Assembly (NCBI GenBank): GCA_951406725.2
Contig: OX597823.1
Coordinates: forward strand, 101,556,001-101,620,000
Direction: 5' to 3'
Origin: Octopus vulgaris
Lineage: Eukaryota
Length of the DNA stretch: 64,000 nucleotides
Part shown: in pieces, positions 50,701 to 64,000 of the stretch
Numbering within the stretch: position 1 is the stretch's first letter
Layout: each line of letters begins with the position of its first letter
Notes under the pieces: generated by a model
Told to the model about the DNA's origin: nothing
Seen by the model: only the letters and a program-made list of their open reading frames with translations
Databases searched by the model: none
Program-made: the position numbers and the translations under genes

Positions 50701-51159
50701 GGGATAAGCTCTGCAGACACGGTTCCAGACACACTGGACCGACTTGCCCGAGATGCGGTCAGAACGACGAAACCATTCTGCACGCACTCGTGCAATGTCC
50801 AACCACTTCAGACCTGTGGGCTTATGCCGAACGGCTGCTGTCACGTGTGGGACGAGTCCGCCTATCGGCCGAATCTATCGTTAATTTATTGCTCCGCCCC
50901 CTTCCCTCAACCGGGAAGGCAAGGCAGTTTTCATCGTACGGGTGGCCATGGTGAAAGAATGTGTGTGGTGAACCCGAGCGAAAGGATTAGAGACAAACAC
51001 TTACCTCTCTGGCTCATCAACTTTTTCAAGTACCACTTGAAAAGGAAGGTGAGAATGGAGAGGGAAGTTTTGTCTCGCGAAAGATTCAAAAAAAGATGGG
51101 TGAATGTTGCAAAGATGGTGCGTGCGAGTGACGAAACCATTTTGAGCATGACCCTGTAA
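47743..51159 (+). pseudogene. Tx1 ORF2 of copy D (APE-RT-zinc finger), disrupted
   Basis: MLRIGSINVRGL, YLDRV, YTDHK, QGCPLS, YADD, CPRCGQNDETILHALVQC; stop at 47821 and several frameshifts, including a 16 bp duplication at 49795-49826. Confidence 0.9.
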
Positions 51160-51882
51160 ATCGTAAAAAAGAAAGAGAGAGAGCATTTTGCTCTCATGTG
51201 GTTATTTCCTCCCTGACTGAGGTTCCCGTGGTCTTTTCTGTAGGCTTTTCTTCCCACGGATGAACCCAATCTTGTTTTATCGATGATTCTTATCAATGTT
51301 TCTGTGATACACGATTTTTTTTTGCCTCCTTTAGATCCCTTTTGATCGCAATCTTGCATTTATTTTCCTTTTTTTCCACGCTCGAAAAGAAAAGCTCTAC
51401 ATTTGTATTTGTCCCCTCTGTATTCAGCCCTGTGTGGCTAATAAAAGAAAGAAAGTTATCTATCTATCTATCTCGATCGATAGCATTCATTGAAAGATCG
51501 GCTCGTAAGTCAATTGCTTCTTTTATTGTGCTTTTGAAAAAGTTTCGTTTCAGTTCTTGCACACGGAGTGTGTAAGACGCCCAGCTTTCGTCTGGGTGGG
51601 TTTTCCAGAGGGGAATTTGCCCCTAGGGGCAATTTCAACCGTGATTATATATCAAAAATTTTGTTTCCATAGCTTGTTTTCACACAATGTCGCCGAAGCG
51701 TTCCTCATAACGCAAAGACGCTGTTCTCTCTCTCTCTCTGTTGCATCCATTTGTTTACGTTTTACATTTTCGGAGTTTTTCAACTTTTCAAACGCCCAGC
51801 TTTCGTTTGGGTGTTTTTTAAATGTAGAATTCGCCCCTAGGGGCATTTACATCAATTGATTTTTATTTTTCTCGAAAAAAAA

Positions 51883-53836
51883 ATGTCGAGAAATTTTATC
51901 GTAGCACAATATTCTACGATTTTTTCTAAGGAGGATTCCCCTGTTTTGGAAAAGACAGTCAACAAAGACGTTGATATAAAGAAAGATAAAACTGAAATCA
52001 ACACCACCACTACCAACACCAATGATAGAACTAACACTGACACAACAACCGTTAACAACACCAACAAGAATAACAATAACAAAAATGAAGTAAATATAAA
52101 CGACCACGATGTTTCGCAAGATTTGATTATCTCACCTAATGGTGAAGATAATATTAACATGACAAAATTAACAGTACCTGAAAAAGCTACAAACACTACA
52201 ACAACCAACAATAATTCTGATACAACAACCAACAATAATTCTGATACAACAACAAAAACACACAACGACAACAACTGCCAGAGAGAACTGTGAATTTCGC
52301 TGACACCCTGCGTCAGAAAAAAGAAATTATACAGTTCACAAATGAAGAGTTGGTGTCGACAAGATCACTCTTCACAACTTCAGGGCAAAATTTAATTCTA
52401 CACACACCACAGCATGTGAAAGAAGATGTGGAGAAGAGAACAATTTTATATAGAATTATAAAAAAAAAATTTTTTAAAAAACAGAACAGGTAACAAAAGC
52501 AGACATTGAAAAATGTGCCAAGAATATTATGAAGATAAAACAATACATAAACTGGGGTCCCCAGTTTAATACAGTGGTGGTCCGCTTCCATAATCAGGAA
52601 GAAGCAAAAGCTCACTCTACAGAAACACTACAAAATGATGAACTCATAATGATTCCGTATTACAGAGGCCAAAGAGTAAGCAAAATAAGAATAAAAAATG
52701 TCCCGCCGGAAATCCCACCCAAATGGATAACATCGGCGATATGTTATCATTTAAAATCAATAAACATTTTGGAAATCGCCGTGTTCAAAAATGATAATCG
52801 GAGTGGTAAATTGATAGAGGTCAACCTTCAAATCGATGGGTCCTCTATCGAAAACCTACCCAATATCATATACTTGGAATATAGGCAAAGCCTATATGTG
52901 GTAGCAGAAGGCAAAAAGCCAAGATGCTACAGCTGTGGCAGCCCAGAACACTTAATTGCAAAGTGCGTTCTCGGACAGAAAAAACAAGAAAAAACAAATC
53001 AGAAAACAAATAAAAAATCTCTGCTACCAACACCACCAAACCCACAACTGATGCAAGAATTAAATAGAAATATGGAACAATGCCAAGAACAACAACAAAC
53101 TAGCAAACAAACCCCAACAACATCACCAAGAAAAGAAACAGCACCAACACAATTACTGTTGATGTCGCTGCCAAATAAAGAAACGAAACCACAACCAACA
53201 TCAAAAGACAGACCAACACCAGCACCAAGGACGACAACTAAGAAAACAGATAACAGTGACGAGAAGACAAATTCTACCCCTAACACCACAACAACACAAA
53301 CACCGCACAAAACAACAACACTTTCTACAAACATACACATTAACGCAAATGCTTTGCCCTTACCCCCTTCTGATTCGTCAGACTCTTCGTCCAACGACGA
53401 AAGTTCGACGGAATGGCAAATAGCCACAGGGGGTAAAAGGAAAAGATCAAAAAAGTCCACCAAACAAGCAAGTAAAGCAGGGATATTTAACTCCTGACAG
53501 CCCCACCTTAGACAATCAAAACATCAATGAACCCACAAAACCACACGCACATATAACAGCAATAGACACACAATAAAAAACTAATGGAATACATTGCATC
53601 CAACGCAAACATCTGTGAAGATAACTTTAAAGTAAATAATCATCCACGCACTACACCACCGAAATACATAAGAATTGTACACATAACACAAACACAGCAC
53701 CATACACTGAAAACCAAATTTCCAAATGCGGTCGAGGGGGTTTCAAAAATACTAGTCGAAAAAACTCTATAAACACCTCCTCAAAGACATTTCAAAAGAA
53801 GAATAAAAAACTCAAACTTTCGAAATGAGTAAGTGA
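51883..53836 (+). pseudogene. Tx1 ORF1 of copy E, frameshifted
   Basis: MSRNFIVA..., NFADTLRQKK, CYSCGSPEHLIAKC, WQIATGGKRKR, HPRTTPPKYIRI. Confidence 0.85.
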
Positions 53837-53902
53837 CCTTCCCTCTTGCCTCTTGTCTCATTCAATGTAGTGTGTGAAACACAAATTTCTTAAACATCAA
53901 TT

Positions 53903-56790
53903 ATGCTTAAATTAGGTTGTGTGAATGTGCGTTGCTTGGCGTCGGCTTGGAAGCAAGGTTACCTTCTAAACGACATCAAGTCACTGAACGTGGATATAGT
54001 TGCTATTAGTGAAACCAGATTCAGCAAGCCGCGGGCCCTCGCGTCCATGTTTGGCGATCAATTCGACATTTATTTTTCTCCCTGTCTGCCGAACATGGGT
54101 GGTGAGGGTACCGCGGTGCTTTTTTGAAAGAATCTAAATATAAAAGTAAGAACAACAATCCTAGACCCGGAGGGTAGGCTGGTTGTCTTGGACGTGGATG
54201 GCAGAAATGGGCGTGCATTCTGTCTGATGGCAGTTTATGCCCCGTCCTTAACGGGTCGGGCGGATTTCTTCAGACGTCTAGAGGTTTTCCTGAGTACGTC
54301 TAGACCTTTACTGTTAGTAGGGGATTGGAACGCTACCTTGGACACGCATCTAAACTATGTGGGAATGGATAGGAATAGAAGGGGGTGTAAGTGCCTCAAA
54401 GACCTGCTCAGACGTTTCCATTTGTCTGACAGGTTCCGACTCGACCATCCGAACGTGCCAACGTGGACTTGGACAAACCGCGTCGGATCGTCGAGATCTT
54501 ATCTAGATAGAATTCTATGCAGGACAGAGTATAGGGATAGTGGAGGATGTCCACAATTTAAAATAGTCAGCTACACAGATCACAAATTTGTGACGTGTAC
54601 GCTCGACTTAGATATGACACATAGACAGGGTCCCGGTTACTAGAAACTGAACACGTCGCTCTTAGCGCGACAGGTTTACAGGAACCGGATTAACGAGTTA
54701 ATTAAGAGGGCGTTGGCGGGAGCCGTCGTTAACAACCGCTGGTGGTTCGCCCTGAAAATGGCAATAAAATCGGAATCAATTAGGTTTAGCAAGGAATTAA
54801 CGATAGATCGAAATAGAGTAGAGGGAGATTTGGTTAAGAAACTAGAAGAGGCACTTACCACTGGCAGCGCAACCAATGTGCTGGCTGCGAGGATGGCCCT
54901 CGACCAACACCTCAACGCCAAACACGAAGGTTGCGTTGTCAGAGATAAAATGCGTGCCTTAAGGAACGAAGGGATCGAAGCTGCGCGAGAGGCCCGGGTA
55001 TCGGAGGCGCAACGTGGCAACAGAGCCACCACTCGGTCTCTAATAGATCAACAAGGATGCAGTTTACTCGAACCCGAAAGGATGTGTGAGGCCTTTCAAC
55101 AGCACTTTGCTCGACTGTTTGGTGCGAGTGGTGGGTCGGAACGTGGGATGGATTTCAGGGCCTACCTGACCGACCTGCCGCGGCTCTCGACAAGAGAAGC
55201 GGAGTGTTGTGAAAGTCCCATCACAGCCGCTGACGTGCGGGATTCGATGGCGGGCTGCGCGAGGGATAAGTCGCCTGGATTGGATGGTCTACCCTACGAG
55301 CTGTATTGTCAAATGCCAGACTTGTTTGGCGACCTCTTGGCATCAGTCTACTGCAACTGGCAACAAAACGGGAGAATCCCCGGTTTCGTGAGCCGAGGTG
55401 CAGTGACGTTGCTGAAGAAAGACCCAAACAAGGGGAATTTTATAGATAATTTCAGGCTCATCACTCTGCTCAACGCAGATTTGAAAATTTTGGCCAAAGT
55501 AATAGCCGAGAAGTTGGTGCTTGTCATTGGTAAACTGGTCGACAGGGCGCAAACATGCGCCGTGCCGGGCAGAACCATACATGACAACCTCCATCTGATG
55601 CGCTACATTGTGGGCAGGGTAGTTAAGGATCCTTTGCATGGGAGGGGCGCTGATCAATTTGGATCAGTCTAAAGCCTTCGATAGGGTCGACCATCAGTAC
55701 TTGGCGGCCGTTCTCAGGGCGGCTAGTTTCGGTCCCGTCTTCCGCGGTTGGATCGCTACCTTGTATAGCGGCATCCGATCGGTGATTAGGGTGAACGGTC
55801 ACCTGTCGGAGGTGGCGAACACGTACATTGCATCCGTCATCGATGACCGCCTTGTCCCGACGCTACCATCACCAAACTGGAACGCATACTCTTCCACTTT
55901 CTGTGGAAGGGTGGCGTTCCGATGTTGAGGCGGTCCATTTGCTGTCAACATCCGTTGAATGGAGGACTGGGCATGCCGTGGTTGATGATGCGCAGGCATG
56001 CGCTGAGACTGCGACATCTCTGGAACTTTATCGATGACGGTGAACAGCAAACGTGGATCAAGAAGAGACCAAAACTGGGCGATTGGCACCGAGAGTGTCG
56101 CCAAGCTCTACAGCAGCTCTGCCGACCGGGGTCAAACTTGTGCAACTTACACACGACTAAAGCGTTCTATAGAGGACTAGTGGAGGGGAGGTCCGACGAC
56201 ACACTCGGGGCAAACCTGGGCGTCGACGAGAAATTCCTGACCCGCCTTTTCAGGATGACGTTCGGGCCGGGGCCTATGGATAACTTCCAGAAATCCCTGG
56301 CTTGGCAAAGCTATCGAGACGCACTACCTGTTCGAGAGAAGAGCTACAGGCACGGTTCGAAAACCATCACCGGACCGACATGCCCGAGATGCGGTCAGAA
56401 CGACGAAACCGTTCTGCACGCACTCGTGCAGTGTCCAGATATTTCAGAGCTGTGGGGACCTTCGTCGAACAGCTGTTGTTGCGTGTAGGACGGGCCCGCT
56501 TATCGGCCGAGTCTATCGTAAATATTGTTCCACCACCTTCCTTTAAACGGGAAGGGAAAATGGTTTTCGTACACTGATGGCTATGGCGAAAGAATGTGCG
56601 TTTGAAAGCGCTACAAACAAACACCTTCCTCTCTGGTCAGTCTGTCGTCAACTTTTTCAAGTACCACTTGAAAAGGAGGATGGGAATAGAGAGGAAGGCT
56701 TTGTCGAACGAATGTTTCAAAACAAAGTGGGTAAAAGTGGCAAAAATGGTCAGTATGAAAGACGACGCCATTTTAAGCGTAAAACTGTAA
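53903..56790 (+). pseudogene. Tx1 ORF2 of copy E, disrupted; QGCPLS-YADD segment deleted
   Basis: NGHLS joined directly to EVANTYIAS at about 55808; stops at 54125 and 54641. Confidence 0.9.
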
Positions 56791-57070
56791 CCAAAAGAGA
56801 CAACGAGAGGTAAGGTGACTTACTCATGTGTTCATTTTCGAACTGTCTGGGGTGACCTTGGTCTTTTTTGTAGGTTTTTCTTTCCAAGGCTACACCTAAA
56901 CTGTGAACTTTATATATATTGCTTTTTATACACCACATAACCCACAGATCCCTATTGATCGAACGTTTTTTCTTTGTGTGTCCCACCCATCCCACATCGG
57001 AAAGAAAAAACTCTACATTGTATTTCGTCCAATTTTTCTGTGTTTAGCCCTGTGTGGCCACAATAAAAAG

Positions 57071-57131
<61 letters not shown>

Positions 57132-57163
57132 ATTATATATATATGTATAAATGTGAGTGTATA

Positions 57164-57220
<57 letters not shown>

Positions 57221-57638
57221 TTCATATATATATATATATATGTGTTTCTGTGGACGCGCCCGCGCGTGTGTGTACTTAGCCCGCTGTTCAAATTTCCCTT
57301 TCATCTTTCAAGATTGAATCAAATAAGTTCAATGTTTGTGAATTCTATGTAGTATTGATAGATTCCAGTAATGTATCTATCTTTCTTTACTATCATCCTA
57401 TTTTAACGTATTTTCTGCAGTATATCTGAGTTCTTCACTGCACCACTAAGGGCAATTTTGCGCTCCTTCAGTGTGTATGAATATTATGCGATTTGTTTTA
57501 TGCTGTCTTGTATCTATGTTTCTTTTTCGCGATGACATATTTGATAAAATTAGATTATTGTATTTAAGTAAGCACTGTATGGGTTGTGATATATTATTGA
57601 GAGATAGACTATGTACCGTGCTAGTTATGTAGTAAATG

Positions 57639-57761
<123 letters not shown>

Positions 57762-57974
57762 CATACATATACATATATATATATATACACACACACACAT
57801 GTATATATATATATATATACATCTTGCAAACCAAATCCAGAAATGGAATATATATATATGTATATCTGTCGAAAAAAATAGGCCTTCCATTTCATTCTCC
57901 TCAGAACATTTTGTTTTGTATATATTGTGCGATTTGTGTAATGATACTAAGAGATGCTGTGAACTGGTATTCTG

Positions 57975-58255
57975 TCGGTTGCGACGACGAGGGTTCCAGT
58001 TGATCCGATCAATAGAACAGCCAGTTCACGAAATTAACGTACAAGTGGCAGATCACTCCACAGACACGTGTGCCCTTAGCATAGTTCTTAGGGACATTCA
58101 ACACGACACAGAATAGGACAAGACCAACCCCTTGAATTACAGGTACAACTCATTTTTGTCTGCTGAGTGGACTGGAGCAACGTGAAATAAAGAGTCTGCT
58201 CAAGGGTACAACGCGCCACCGGGAATCGAACTCACGATCTTACAATAGTGACCTT
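57975..58255 (-). mobile_element. tRNA-derived SINE (third family)
   Basis: Minus strand B-box GAGTTCGATTCCC then gcgttgtacccttgagcagactctttatttcacgttgctccagtccactcagc...aaaaatgagt. Confidence 0.7.
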
Positions 58256-58431
58256 ACGATGGGGAGCTTTTTGTGGTGTAGAATGTTTGCTGTATGAGTT
58301 ATGATAATGAGAAGCCAGAGTGTAAAACAATCGTTACATAAGTCATGTTATTGTATTGAGAGGCGAATGTATAGAATATTATGTTGTAGTCTTGGCCGAT
58401 GATTGTGTATAATATGCGCTCTGAGAATTTA

Positions 58432-58625
58432 AAGCGGTGAGTTTGTAGAATCATAAGCATGCTTAGCTGCAGTTCGTCCGTCTCTACGGATTCCGCCGCG
58501 GTCGACTTTATCTTTTATCTCTTTCGGGGACGATGAGATAAGTACCAATCAAGCACTGGGGCCGATGTGATCAACTAGTCCCCTTCTCTGAACTTGTTGG
58601 TCTTATGCCAAAATTTGAAACCAAT
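58432..58625 (+). mobile_element. Nin-domain SINE (tail type aaaatttgaaacc)
   Basis: ttccgccgcggtcgacttt...tttcggggacgatgagataagtaccaatc...gccaaaatttgaaacca. Confidence 0.7.
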
Positions 58626-59606
58626 ATCTGCTCTGAGAGTTGTGTTACAGATGCTACGAAACACTGTTTTTCATAGAATATTTACTATATGGACTGGGGG
58701 CTATTATTGTAGATTGAATGAATATTTGTATGGTATATGGGGTTCATTCATTTGTATATGAGTTAAATTTACAGTCACTATCTTTCAACGTGTCCCTTGT
58801 ATTGTTTCATCATTCGTGGCACTAATGGAAGATGAGGGACGTACCACCCGGTTTACTTCATCAATCTGTGCTCAGTTTTAAAAATTAAGCATACAGTTCC
58901 ACAAGCTTTACACCGACTGAATGTGAAAATATCTTCCTTTCATTGGCGAGGACTATGTCTAATTATTCTTTTGATGGCATAAGAAAACCTAAACCCTCCT
59001 ACTTTGCTTTTGGATGCGGAATTTCATTAAGAGCAGATTTCTTCTCGGCCAGTTGTTTCATGTTCCGTGTCTACCTGTCGTTAAAGGGGATGGGGTATCA
59101 TAATAAACCGCGCAACTTTTTTTTCAACCTCTTGTTCATTTTGTAATGTTGTACTTTGCTATTGCTGTCATAGTTGTTTGCTGTATCGTTATGAATGTTC
59201 GAGTTAACGTCACCTTTTCCTATAAAAAGAAAAAATCATTATTTTTTTTTTTTTGCCTTGTATACGTTCTGCTGAGTAATTTAATTTATATTCTCTTTTT
59301 GTTTGTTTTCTGTGCAGTTGTATTTAGTTAAATTTCTCTGTGGGCGTTTTCTTTCTAGCTGGTGGCCATCTTAGGTTGAATGTAAACACAATAAAATTAT
59401 ATTTAATATGTTCAAAATGACAGACTTTGCTTCTCTCATAACATCAGAGAAACGTCCATAGTTGTTGTTTTAGTTGAAAATATTCTAAAATATTTTTTCG
59501 TTATTATGTTTGTTAAAAATCTAAAATTTAATATCTAAAAACAGTCGTATATCCGTTTACGTTAGACAGCAGCTGCAGTAACAACAACTAATAGTAGTAC
59601 TACTAT

Positions 59607-59677
<71 letters not shown>

Positions 59678-59705
59678 ATAATAATAATAATAATAATAAT
59701 AATGA

Positions 59706-60110
59706 TGCAGTACCAGGCAGTGGCTCTCATGGCTTCTGATCTTAACTGATTGGAAGTGTTATCATGTACATTGTTTTGTCTTGGTATAAAAGATGGGCTA
59801 CAGCAAATATTCTGCTCAATACCACAGATTTGCTTGTCAGTTGTTTGACCTTAACCAGTTGAGCATGTCCCTTAGTGGCTGACGATATGTGCATCTCTGA
59901 TCACGAGCAGAAGTAGTGGGGGAGCATCATAGCCATGTGTTGAGAGGGATTCTTTGGGGTTTGAATAATTCACCTCTGGAAACATGGGTGGTTCTTTCAA
60001 CATCCTTAAACAACCCTTATTCAGGGACCTTTTGAGCGGGATGGGCTACTCAACCTGAAGAAAATTCTAACTAGGCCCCACCTGCAAGGTCATGTGCTGT
60101 TTATCTTGAT
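59706..60110 (+). mobile_element. Second copy of the unclassified (TAA)n-associated repeat
   Basis: Near-identical to 42258-42588; follows the (TAC)n/(TAA)n array 59598-59705. Confidence 0.65.
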
Positions 60111-60139
60111 TCGACCAGTTCATCGCCTTAATGATAGTA

Positions 60140-60340
60140 ATAATCCTTTCTACTATAGGCACAAGGCCTGAAATTTGTGGTAGGGGAATAGTCGATTACA
60201 TCGGCCCCAGTGTTGCACTGGTACTTAATCTATCGACCCCGAAAGGATGAAAGACCTCGGTGGAATTTGAGCTCAATACGTAGCGACGGGCGAAATACCG
60301 ATAACCATTTCGTCCTGCGTGCTAACGATTCGGGAGCACA
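60140..60340 (-). mobile_element. Nin-domain SINE with (ATT)n-ending tail
   Basis: Minus strand cgaatcgttagcacgc...ctttcatcctttcggggtcgatagattaagtaccag...aaatttcaggccttgtgcctatagtagaaaggattatt. Confidence 0.75.
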
Positions 60341-60383
60341 CGTCTGAATTATAACAATGATAATAATGATAATAATAATAATA

Positions 60384-61258
<875 letters not shown>

Positions 61259-61270
61259 TAATAATAATAA

Positions 61271-61375
<105 letters not shown>

Positions 61376-61392
61376 TGATGATGATGATGATG

Positions 61393-63941
61393 CAAATACA
61401 GCATCACAGAAAAAGATTTATTAGAGATAAAAGAAAAGCTAAACAAAACAAACAGCTCAACTCCAACCCCAAAAAGTTCTACCAAGAACTTGGCAAAAAT
61501 AAAATAGACATCACTGCAGCACCAACGGCAGAAGTGGAAGAATTCTGGAAAGAAATATGGTCGGAGAATGAACCACCAAAAAAAAAAGGAGTATTAAAAC
61601 AACAAACTTAGCATCTGAGCAACTTTGGACCCCCATAACAACTGAAGAGGTCACCCAGGAACTGCAAAGACCAAGCAACTGGAAGGCACCTGGGCATGAC
61701 AAGATCCCCAACTTCTGGTTGAAATATCTGACATGAATGCAGAAAAAGCTGGCTGAAAACTTTAACAACATACTGGCAGAGCCAGAGACAATGCCTGAAT
61801 GGCTCACGAAGGGGAAAACCTTCTTAATTCCCAAATCCAATAAGACAGCAAAACCAGAAAACTACAGACCTATAACCTGTCTCCCTACAATGTACAAAGC
61901 ATTTGCTGCAGTAATATCACAAAGATTGAACAAGCACACGGACGAAAACAACCTGTTTTCAGAAGAGCAGAAAGGATGCCGCAAAGGCTCATATGGCTGT
62001 AAAGATCAACTAATGATCAACAAAGCCATTACTGAAGACAACCACAGAAAGAAGAAAGGCCTCAGTATGGCCTGTATCGACTACAGAAAGGCGTTTGATA
62101 GCATCCCCCACACATGGATCCACGAAACACTAGTCATTAACAAAGTAGCACCAACAATTATAAAATACATAGGACACTCTATGAATAAATGGCAAACAAA
62201 AGAGGGACTCATGAAAACCAAAGCCATTCCCATTAGAAGAGGAATTTTCCAGGGAGACACGCTCTCTCTACTCCTTTTCTGCTTGGCACTGTCACCTCTA
62301 TCTGATATCCTAAATAGAACTGGATGCGGATATAAATGTTACGGCAAAACGATCAGCCACCTTTTATATATGGATGACCTAAAACTATACGCTGCAAATG
62401 ACAAACAGCTGGAAACACTATTAAAGACAGTTCATGGATTTACCAAAGAAATAGATATGAAATTTGGATTAGAAAAATGCACCAAAGTAACCCTGAAAAA
62501 AGGAAAACTAGTTAAGAGTAGCAACATCACACTAGATAAAACCAATGAAATAAGATAATTAGACCAAAGCCAAACTGACAAATACTTAGGAATCCATGAA
62601 CTAGATAAGACACAACATACACAAATGAAAAAGAAAATAAAAAAAGAATATTATAGACGAGTTAGATCAATACTAAAAACAAGATAATAAGTATTAACAC
62701 TTTAGCCGTCCCAGTTATAAGTTACAGCAACAATATTCTTAACTGGACACTAAATGAACTGACCAAAATAGATAGGAAAACAAGAAAAATAATGACAGGA
62801 TCTAGGATGCATCACCCAAAATCTGACATAGAAAGACTATATATACAACGTATAGAAGGTGGTAGAGGCCTTATACAGCTGGAAAACTACTATAAAATAA
62901 CCACCATAGGACTGCAAAAATATCTACTTCAGAAGGAAGGAAAACTGATACAAATAGCAGCAAAACACGAGCAAAACAAAAAAAACTGTTCTCAGTATTT
63001 AAGGAAGCTGACAAATACGAACAAGAAATCATACCACCTAACAAATGTGAAGAAGAAGAAGAAGATGAAGAAACAACAAAAGCTATAAAAGGAATGAAAT
63101 CCAAACTAAAACTAGAACAGCAACGAACCATGATAAAACGATGGCAAGAAAAGCCCCTTCATGGCAAATACTGGACTAAACTAAATGCAAAAGAAATAGA
63201 CAAAGAAAAATCCCAACAATGGTTGAGAAGCTCAGGACTCAAAGCAGAGACAGAGGGATTTTTAATTGCAGCACAAGACCAAAGCCTCCTCACCAGAAAT
63301 TATCAAAAACGTGTAATGAAAAGAAATATAATAAGTAACTGCAGAATATGTGGAGATGGACAAGAAACACTAAATCATATTATCTCTGGCTGCCCAGTCC
63401 TGGCTAAGAAGGAATATATTCACAGACACGACAGAGTTGGGACCCACATACACTGGAAGCTATGCCGACATTATGGAATAACAACAGAAAAAAGATGGTA
63501 TAGGCACCCACCAGAAAAGGTCACAGAAAACAAGAAAGCAACCATACTCTGTAAGGCCAACAGATCAGATATAGTTGTCAGAGATCATGAAGAAAAAATG
63601 CTTTCTAATTGATGTATCAATACCAGCAGATGACAACGTGTCTCTAAAAGAAATGGAGAAACTTTCAAAATACAAAGACCTGGAAATAGAGGTAACTAGA
63701 ATGTGGAATCTAAAAACCGAAACAATTCCTATCATAGTAGGAGCATTAGGCATGATAAAAAATATTCAGACAAATACATAACAAAAACACCAGGACTTAC
63801 AAACACATATAACATACAGAAAATTACACTACTAGGCACTGCACACATCCTACGCAGAATACTTTCAATACAGTAACCATCAGAGCATCACTGCGCTCAG
63901 TAGTGAAGTGAAAGCACGCTATAAAAATAAAACTACTGAAA
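61393..63941 (+). mobile_element. 5'-truncated R4/Dong-like RLE LINE, copy 2 (RT + CCHC + RLE, disrupted)
   Basis: KAPGHD, YRPITCL, IDYRKAFDS, GIFQGDTLS, YMDDLKLY, GGRGL, CRICG..ETLNHIISGC, RHDRV, NRSDIV..FLIDVSIP..KLSKYKDL; (TAA)n on both sides. Confidence 0.88.

Positions 63942-64000
<59 letters not shown>

Larger units (their letters stand above)
44231..51456 (+). mobile_element. Full-length Tx1-like LINE, copy D, with internal tandem duplication of about 0.95 kb
   Basis: 5'UTR, ORF1, ORF2, 3'UTR; preceded by (TATC)n 43990-44230, followed by (TATC)4. Confidence 0.92.
51473..57071 (+). mobile_element. Full-length Tx1-like LINE, copy E, with deletion in RT
   Basis: Begins 16 bp after D; ORF2 and 3'UTR closely match copy A; followed by (TATC)n 57072-57131. 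Confidence 0.92.

Noticed and set aside
51652-51846. Antisense 64 aa ORF in the 5'UTR of copy E (possible ORF0 analogue)
   Set aside because: The equivalent region of D has a stop and frameshifts, and A lacks the segment

Overview
AT-rich, microsatellite-dense eukaryotic DNA with no recognisable host gene. The SINE families and repeat landscape suggest an octopod cephalopod (inference). Nearly all complex sequence is mobile elements. There are six Tx1-like (L1-Tx1 clade, APE-RT) LINE copies, all embedded in (TATC)n in the same polarity, including a head-to-tail triple at 43.4-57.1 kb. A 2.2 kb element encoding only a Tx1-type ORF1 is inserted with a perfect 15 bp TSD into the tRNA head of a SINE. 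Two R4/Dong-like RLE LINEs sit in (TAA)n. Also present are relics of CRE, Gypsy, mariner, maT and Tc1-like elements, a Helitron, a hAT MITE and many tRNA/Nin SINEs. Most notable: (i) the LINEs, the ORF1-only element and one Nin-SINE subfamily share the same 3'-terminal stem-loop motif, suggesting a three-tier Tx1 mobilisation system; (ii) a covarying two-hairpin module in the Tx1 5'UTRs; (iii) four Penelope-type hammerhead ribozyme motifs, including an inverted pair and a U3-A8 variant. All calls were made by eye, without database searches.
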